From Eggerthellaceae bacterium (GTDB lineage: Bacteria; Actinomycetota; Coriobacteriia; Coriobacteriales; Eggerthellaceae), in the NCBI GenBank assembly GCA_900753095.1, contig CAADXT010000166.1:1-36822 (forward strand): a stretch of 36,822 bases of DNA, read 5' to 3'. Numbering within the stretch: position 1 is the first letter of the stretch; each line of letters begins with the position of its first letter. Of this stretch, positions 31,085-36,822 are shown piece after piece. Made by a program: the position numbers and the translations under genes. Under the pieces are notes generated by a model, which was given only the letters and a program-made list of their open reading frames with translations, had not been told where the DNA came from and made no database searches.

Positions 31085-31172
31085 CAACTCTTGAAAACGT
31101 GTAGCTTCACGCCCTTAGCTACCCTTGAAAACGTGCAGAACTAGCGCATCGGCTACTCTTGAAAACGTGTAG
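31085..31172. repeat. Three direct repeats of about 20 bp with 34-bp period
   Basis: caactcttgaaaacgtgtag, ctacccttgaaaacgtgcag and ctactcttgaaaacgtgtag; TTGAAAACG starts at 31091, 31125 and 31159. Confidence 0.8.
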
Positions 31173-31182
31173 AGCGCGCTTA

Positions 31183-31518
31183 CCGAAAACGCCATGGCGC
31201 AACAGCTCACGGCGAAGGGACATCCTCTTCACTATTATTCATGCAACTCGCGCACATTCATGCAGCTCGCACGCGAGCAAAGAAGACCGCATGAAAATCG
31301 ATTTCCTCATTGTTTCGCCTTACACGGACGCAGGGATGAAACCGCGCGTTAGCCCCATCGAGGTGAAGTCGGGAAAGCAATACTCAACTATTTCCCTTAA
31401 CAAGTTCAAGAAGAAGTCCGACAAGCGTGTTGGAACTCGTATAGTTCTGCATCCTAAGCAGCTTCAGGCAAAGGAAGATGTCCTGGCACTACCCTTATAT
31501 ATGTCGTATTTGCTGTAA
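31183..31518 (+). pseudogene. C-terminal remnant of an AAA/DUF4143 ATP-binding protein
   Basis: ENAMAQQLTAKGHPLHYYS, then an imperfect 19-bp tandem duplication (31237-31255 and 31256-31274) shifts frame into KIDFLI...PIEVKSGK...LPLYM; the Walker motifs are absent. Confidence 0.75.
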
Positions 31519-31530
31519 GCATTTGCCAAA

Positions 31531-31584
31531 GAAGCCCTGGGCGAAACGCGATTCACAGCGCTCCGCCCAGGGCTTCACTTTTTT
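31531..31584 (+). terminator. Hairpin terminator between convergent genes
   Basis: 13-bp stem gaagccctgggcg/cgcccagggcttc followed by acttttttg. Confidence 0.7.
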
Positions 31585-31610
31585 GTTAAGCAGGGGCTCC
31601 GCTGCCGGGC

Positions 31611-32789
31611 TTATGCGGGCGGGTTTTCCTGGTTGCGGCGGGTGTCCCACGTAACCTGGTTGTTCTTGTAGTAGTCGGGGGCGTCGTTGCCGGAAGCGCT
31701 GATGGGGTCGTTGCCGGTAAGGGTATCCAGGATATCCTCCACGAACTTCGCTATCAGGCTGGTTTCCTCGGCATCGTCGGCATCGAAGTCCATGGCGAAC
31801 TCCACTTCACCGCCGATGATGCTGTCCACGCATTCGGGGTCGTCGCCGTCAAGCCAGATTACGACGGTGTACTTGTCCACGTAGCCCAGCTTGAAGTCCT
31901 CGTCGGAAATATGGCACACCGTGTCGTCCGACTCGAAGTTCTCGCAGCCCGCCTCGTTGCCGCCGTTTGCGGCGGGGGCAGCATACGTAATGGCCTCGCC
32001 GTTGCGGTACACGCGCACGCGCGCGGCCTTTTCGGCGCCCTTAGACGCAGACACGATCTTAAGCTTGGCGTCGTAGTTCAGGTCTTCCTTGCCCGCGTTG
32101 CGGATGTAGAAGGTGTACGCCACATAGCTTTTGCCGTTGTGGCTGCCGTCCACCTGATCGAGGTTGTCGGGCAGGTCGGTAACGGCAATGTTGGTGCCGT
32201 CAGCCACCGCTTCGGCGCTAAGGCGCGCGGTTGCCCCCTCGAACTGGGCGTTGTCGGCAATGGCAACGCCGCGCCTGAACAGCTCCAGGCGGTTCAGGTT
32301 GATGGTGAAGTTGCCCATGTTCTCCTGCATGAACGAGATGCCGAACAGCACCGCCATGAACAGCGCCAGGCACAGCAGCACCTTCTGCAACGTGCCGATG
32401 CGCAGAAGCGCCGCGCCGATACGGTGCATGCGGCGCTTGGGCAAGTACATGGAAACGATGGCTTCCGCATCGATGTCGGCGTCTTCGGCAAGGGCGTCTT
32501 CCAGCTCTTGCACGCGCAGCATTTCCTTTTTCGAGAGCCGCTTGGAGCGACGCTTCCCGCGAAAGCCGCGCTTCTTTTCAGGGCTCGCGGATTCGGAGGC
32601 AGCTTTGGCGGAACGAGCGGCCTTAGCTTCACCAGCGGATTCCGCTTGTGACCCTTCCGCTCTCTCATTCACGCCCGCAACTTCCCGGGCATCCATTTTC
32701 GAAGCAGCTTCCTGGGCGTTCGCCTCTAGCGCTTCCGCCGGTTGGGCATCGTTGGGCTCTTCGCCCTTCTTTTTGCTGAACAATGCCAT
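31611..32789 (-). CDS. Single-pass membrane protein with a fibre-subunit-like extracellular domain (candidate anchor)
   Basis: About 130-aa charged N-tail, TM VLLCLALFMAVLFGISFM without the AWF site, then YTFYIRNAG and YTVVIWLDGDDPEC. Confidence 0.7.
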   Translation of the reverse strand: MALFSKKKGEEPNDAQPAEALEANAQEAASKMDAREVAGVNERAEGSQAESAGEAKAARSAKAASESASPEKKRGFRGKRRSKRLSKKEMLRVQELEDALAEDADIDAEAIVSMYLPKRRMHRIGAALLRIGTLQKVLLCLALFMAVLFGISFMQENMGNFTINLNRLELFRRGVAIADNAQFEGATARLSAEAVADGTNIAVTDLPDNLDQVDGSHNGKSYVAYTFYIRNAGKEDLNYDAKLKIVSASKGAEKAARVRVYRNGEAITYAAPAANGGNEAGCENFESDDTVCHISDEDFKLGYVDKYTVVIWLDGDDPECVDSIIGGEVEFAMDFDADDAEETSLIAKFVEDILDTLTGNDPISASGNDAPDYYKNNQVTWDTRRNQENPPA

Positions 32790-32794
32790 GAGAA

Positions 32795-33460
32795 TCAGAT
32801 CTTATACTTGGCGCGCACGTAGCCCATGTATTCCTTCATGGCCTCGCGCTCCAGATCGTCGGCATAGCGGAACTGCAGGCCGCATGCGTTGCGGTACAGG
32901 CTGCCCTTCGGCGCCTGTCGAAGCCAGCACACAATGCCCAGCTGATCAGGCAGTTCGTGGCGCTCGCCATTCAAGCGGATAACGGGCATCTGCACCTGCA
33001 GCGCCTCCCCCACATCGGGAAAGTCGTTCAGGTACATTGCCAAGCCGCCGGCGGAAACGTCGATGGTCATGGCGTCTTCGCGCTCGTCTTCCGTGGCGTT
33101 GTCGCGCTGATAGTGCAAGCGCATGGAAACTTTGAAGCGCTCATCGCGGCGCTTGAAGAACGTGCGGTGCTCGGCCACCTGGCGCATTTTCCAGTACGTG
33201 CGGATGCCGGCCTTTTCCACCGATTCGGGGTAGCCCGCCACCATAAAGGTGTTTTCGCCCACGCTGTACTGCATGAGGAACTTCTGGTTTTCGTCCAGGA
33301 TAAGCGGCTTGCCCGCCAGCATGGGCACGCTGATAAGGAAGTACGCTTCGTCGACAGCGCCCTTATACGTGGCCATCATGTTGAAATCGGTTTTCTGCCC
33401 CATGGGCACGTCGAAAGCTACCTGCAGCTTAGTTCCAGGCTTTATCTGCAACTCGGCCAT
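32795..33460 (-). CDS. PilZ-domain protein (YcgR-like N-domain plus PilZ), putative c-di-GMP receptor
   Basis: RRDER (RxxxR) and DVSAGG (DxSxxG); start reassigned to ATG 33460 after GGAAGGAAGG. Confidence 0.85.
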   Translation of the reverse strand: MAELQIKPGTKLQVAFDVPMGQKTDFNMMATYKGAVDEAYFLISVPMLAGKPLILDENQKFLMQYSVGENTFMVAGYPESVEKAGIRTYWKMRQVAEHRTFFKRRDERFKVSMRLHYQRDNATEDEREDAMTIDVSAGGLAMYLNDFPDVGEALQVQMPVIRLNGERHELPDQLGIVCWLRQAPKGSLYRNACGLQFRYADDLEREAMKEYMGYVRAKYKI

Positions 33461-33543
33461 TTTGCCTTCCTTCCCGATTCCAGTAATGCCATGCCGGACG
33501 CTCACGCTGAACGGCAATGCTGCGCCAAGCGTTCGTGCCGTGA

Positions 33544-33627
33544 GATGGCGCCAAACGTTGCGCCACAGCCCGTACCGAACGATGGCGCCAAACGCTGCAC
33601 CAAAGCCCGCACCGAACGATGGCGCCA
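33544..33627. repeat. 37-bp tandem repeat, about 2.3 copies
   Basis: gatggcgccaaacgttgcgccacagcccgtaccgaac (33544-33580), gatggcgccaaacgctgcaccaaagcccgcaccgaac (33581-33617), gatggcgcca. Confidence 0.8.
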
Positions 33628-33925
33628 TGCCGAACACCCATTTCGGACGTTCGCACGAGGTGCTTGCGCCAAGCGGTTGAACCATTTCGAATGCTCGAGC
33701 CAAACGCTGGGAGGGGCCCCACACAACAATTCTGCTTATTATAAGGTGAAACCATCGGAAAACGCCGAGAGCTTTGCCATTCCCAGAAGCAAGACAGCGA
33801 AAGGCTCAGAAGCGCGACCAAGGCAAGCTGCATCCATCCACGACCGTTCCCGCTCACAGGTACCTTCGCCCATTCTTCTGTGGCGGAAAACTCGCGAAAT
33901 GCTTGCTTAGCGGGCTGCGGTCGCT

Positions 33926-34122
33926 GAAATCGGTCCCATCTGGCGAGAACTGCGCGAAATGTACGCTCTGTGCGCAAATCGACGCCTCAAATTCGTACAT
34001 TTGGCGCGTTTCTCGCCATCAGCAGCTCAAAAGGCGTACATCTGGCGCGATTCTCGCCAGATGGGCCCGATTTCCTTAGATAAAGGCGAGATCCACGCAC
34101 ATTGCGCGCGAATCTCGCCACA
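33926..34122. repeat. BIME-like cluster of palindromic units
   Basis: 41-bp inverted pair 33926-33966 and 34034-34074 (36 of 41 match), with further units at 33994-34019 and 34084-34120. Confidence 0.75.
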
Positions 34123-34555
34123 TGCTCCAGCCGAACGCCCCAGCCGCACCACCAGCCGCACTTTCGTCCCCATCCGTACGAGCCCCAGCCGCGCGGCCTT
34201 TGACCACTCTCGTCTTCGCACCGCATCCCAACTTGCATGCACGCCGTACGTAGCCGGCACTCAGCTCGAACATGCGCGATTCGAACGAGAGGAACGCGCA
34301 AGCCGAATGGAGGGGAGCGCAATCTGGGCGTTTGGCGCCCGCACGACCCAACCCGCACCCCTACGGCGCCGGCGCCTGCCCCGCCCCGCAACCTCCTAGC
34401 GAGCCAAGCTGCGGATAAGCGGCTTTATTAATGGCGATGGGGTGAAAAAGCTCCCCATTTTCTCCATTTATGGCAAGATTAACCGTTGGAATACCGTGCG
34501 GCCGTGCGCCGTACTCCCAATACAACGATTTGCACACCGTAAAAGGAGATCACAC

Positions 34556-35569
34556 ATGGGGTTTTTCTCGAAATTCGAACGCCGCGTAGAAGATGGCTTC
34601 GATGAGATGGGCGACAAGTTCTTCGACGCGCCCATCAGCCCCGTTCAGATTGCCAAAAAGGCCGAAAAGCAGATGCGCCGCGAAAAGATGGTAGGCGCCG
34701 GCAAGGAGTACGCCCCCACGCTGTACACCGTGCTGGTTAACCCCGACGACGACGAGCGCCTCTTCGGCTACTACCCCACCCTGGCGGGCGAAACCGAAAC
34801 CTACCTGCGCGGCAAGGCACAGGAGCTGGGCCTGGTAATGGACGGCTCCCCGCTGGTGCGCTTCATCATCGACGACGAGCTGAAGCACGGCAAGTTCGAC
34901 GTGGTGGCCGAGCTGGTCTCCGCGCCCATCGTTTCCCAGCTCCGCGCCGAGGAAATGCAGCGCTACGGCCTTTCCTCCCAGGAAGCCGGCGCTCCCATCC
35001 CCGCAAACATCCCTGCGCCGCAGAGCTACGGCCAGCAGCAGGCATACGCACCCGAGCCCTACGCACCTGCGCAGGAAGCTCCGGCGCAGGCACCGCACTA
35101 CGCAAGCACCGGCATCGATGTGATGGCGGAAGACGCCCTTGCCATGGAAAACGCCGAAGAAGACTACGCTCCCGTAGCGCCGGCTCCGGCACCCGTTTCC
35201 CCTGCTCCCGCAGCTGCCGCGCCGCAAACCGTCCGCTTCGATGAGCTGAACGCCCCCGAGGCCATCCCCCAACGCGCCGCAAACCAGCAGCCGCGCCTTA
35301 TCGACCTCACCACGAACCGCTCCTTCCCCATCACGAAGGCGCAGATCGTCATGGGCCGCGCCCTTTCGAGCGACATCGCCATCGAGGACTTGAACGTAAG
35401 CCGCACCCATGCCGAAATCCGCCGCGAGAACGCCAACGCCTGGAGCGTTGCCGACCTGGGCTCCACCAACGGCACGCTGGTGAACGGCCGCCACATCGCC
35501 TCCACCATGCTGCAGGAAGGCGACCGCATAACGGTGGGCACTACCACGTTCTTATTCACGTTCCGATAA
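34556..35569 (+). CDS. fhaA: FhaA-like protein (DUF3662, Pro/Ala linker, FHA domain)
   Basis: AAGGAG then ATG 34556 MGFFSKFERRVE; ISPVQIAKK; FHA motifs GR, SRTHA, DLGSTNGT. Confidence 0.9.
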   Translation: MGFFSKFERRVEDGFDEMGDKFFDAPISPVQIAKKAEKQMRREKMVGAGKEYAPTLYTVLVNPDDDERLFGYYPTLAGETETYLRGKAQELGLVMDGSPLVRFIIDDELKHGKFDVVAELVSAPIVSQLRAEEMQRYGLSSQEAGAPIPANIPAPQSYGQQQAYAPEPYAPAQEAPAQAPHYASTGIDVMAEDALAMENAEEDYAPVAPAPAPVSPAPAAAAPQTVRFDELNAPEAIPQRAANQQPRLIDLTTNRSFPITKAQIVMGRALSSDIAIEDLNVSRTHAEIRRENANAWSVADLGSTNGTLVNGRHIASTMLQEGDRITVGTTTFLFTFR

Positions 35570-35665
35570 GGAGTTTTTCCTTGAACGGGCTGCGTCACTA
35601 GCTGGCACAGCCCGTTTGCGCTTTATGCGCGCCTTTTTAATCCGCTCCAAACGATAGGCTATTCA

Positions 35666-36082
35666 GTGATCGACGTAATCCTTCTTATAGGCAGGCTGCT
35701 TTTCGTGGCGCTGCTTTACCTGTTCCTTTTCGCCATCATGAAAACGGGCATTGGCCTGGTGCGCGGCCAGCGCAAAGGCGAAAAAGTGTGGACCGTTGCC
35801 ATCGAGAAGGGCCCGAAGGAGCTGCGCGGCGTGAACATCGCCGTGAACGGCCCGGTTATCGTGGGCCGCAGCCCCGGATCGGACATCGTCATCGGTGCCG
35901 AATACGTATCCTCGCGCCATGCGCGCTTTGTGCTTATGGGCCAGAACCTCTTCGTGGAAGACTTAGGCTCCACCAACGGCACATCCGTAAACGGCCGCTT
36001 TATCTCTGAACCCACCGCGCTCAAGAACGGCGACAAGGTTGCCGTCGGCGATGTGACCATGCGCGTACGGTTCGCCCAGTAA
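35666..36082 (+). CDS. fhaB: FhaB/FipA-like membrane-anchored FHA protein
   Basis: N-terminal TM, VGRS, VSSRHAR, DLGSTNGT; conserved position after fhaA. Confidence 0.85.
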   Translation: MIDVILLIGRLLFVALLYLFLFAIMKTGIGLVRGQRKGEKVWTVAIEKGPKELRGVNIAVNGPVIVGRSPGSDIVIGAEYVSSRHARFVLMGQNLFVEDLGSTNGTSVNGRFISEPTALKNGDKVAVGDVTMRVRFAQ

Positions 36083-36091
36083 AAGAGGAAG

Positions 36092-36822
36092 ATGAATTCT
36101 ACTATGCCCACTCCCCGCAATGCGCGCGCCGAGCGCAAAGCCGCAGATAGCCCCAACGCCGTAGCCTTCTTCGGAAGCCGCACGGAAGTTGGCCATGTGC
36201 GCGAGCACAACGAAGACAGCCTGGTTGCCGTACCGCCGCTGTTCGCCGTCGCCGACGGTATGGGCGGCCACGAAGCCGGCGAGGTTGCCTCGGAAATCGC
36301 CATCAACACCATCACTGAGCTGGCTCCCGACCACGCCGACTCCGACGCGCTGGCGCGTGCCGTGGTTGCCGCGAACCTCAACGTCATCAAGGCGCCCGCG
36401 AAGGGCATTGGCCGCGAGGGCATGGGCACCACGCTTACCGCAGCCATCCTGGAAGGTGAGCGCCTGATCATCGCCCAGGTGGGCGATTCGCGCGCATACC
36501 TTCTCCATCAGGGGAAACTGCAGCAGCTCACGCGCGACCACAGCCTCATGGCCGACATGATCGAGGCGGGCCAGCTTACCGAGGCCGAAGCCCGCGTGCA
36601 TCCCAACCGCAGCGTCATCACGCGCGCCATCGGCTCCGACCCGCACATGCAGCCCGACATCTACGAACTCAACGTTGAGACGGGCGACCGCATCCTGCTG
36701 TGCTCCGACGGCATCTGCACCATGATCGAGGATCCGCAGATTGAGCACATCATGGGCCACACCCGCACCGCGCAGGAATGCGCCGATGCCCTGGTGGCAG
36801 CAGCACTCGATGCCGGCGGCTA
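36092..36822 (+). CDS. pstP: PP2C-family Ser/Thr phosphatase (Stp1/PstP), runs off window
   Basis: Hand translation from ATG 36092 (GAGG RBS): VREHNED, VADGMGGHEAGEVAS, GMGTT, VGDSRAY, TRDHS, LCSDG. Confidence 0.92.
   Translation, partial: MNSTMPTPRNARAERKAADSPNAVAFFGSRTEVGHVREHNEDSLVAVPPLFAVADGMGGHEAGEVASEIAINTITELAPDHADSDALARAVVAANLNVIKAPAKGIGREGMGTTLTAAILEGERLIIAQVGDSRAYLLHQGKLQQLTRDHSLMADMIEAGQLTEAEARVHPNRSVITRAIGSDPHMQPDIYELNVETGDRILLCSDGICTMIEDPQIEHIMGHTRTAQECADALVAAALDAGG

Noticed and set aside
31085..31172. Mini CRISPR array
   Set aside because: Repeats of about 20 bp and spacers of about 14 bp are too short, there are only three units, and no cas genes are present.
33461..33724. 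88-aa N-terminal extension of the PilZ ORF
   Set aside because: It runs through a non-coding tandem repeat, and a strong RBS precedes ATG 33460.

Overview
High-GC actinobacterial DNA; Coriobacteriia (Eggerthellaceae-like) is inferred from gene content and the fhaA-fhaB-pstP cluster. The centre is a ~29.5 kb co-oriented minus-strand locus (4043-33460) that looks like an elaborate SipW-dependent (TasA/camelysin-type) fibre system. It encodes two SipW-type signal peptidases, eight proteins with a SipW-class leader (hydrophobic helix then T[FY]AWF-like), a membrane-anchored protein with the same C-terminal WLxGxDxxC motif, a ~3,600-aa secreted glycine-rich repeat protein, a PilZ-domain protein, and a membrane-anchored McrB-like AAA+ NTPase paired with a DUF2357 (McrC-N-like) coiled-coil protein lacking a visible nuclease domain. 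Four lesions disrupt this locus: TAA 8404-8406, a 1-nt frameshift near 9469, a C7 tract at 19738-19744 and TGA 23211-23213. An AAA/DUF4143 ATPase gene inside the locus is flanked by two copies of a candidate ~100-nt small RNA (promoter, conserved scaffold, variable loop, terminator). The locus also holds REP-like palindromes and a DUF4143 remnant behind three 34-bp-period repeats. The left end is a >1,240-aa sortase-anchored FMN-binding/Tp47-like surface protein (absent from the ORF track) with a possible DtxR-type box. The right end is fhaA, fhaB and partial pstP. All family calls come from motif recognition by eye, not database searches.
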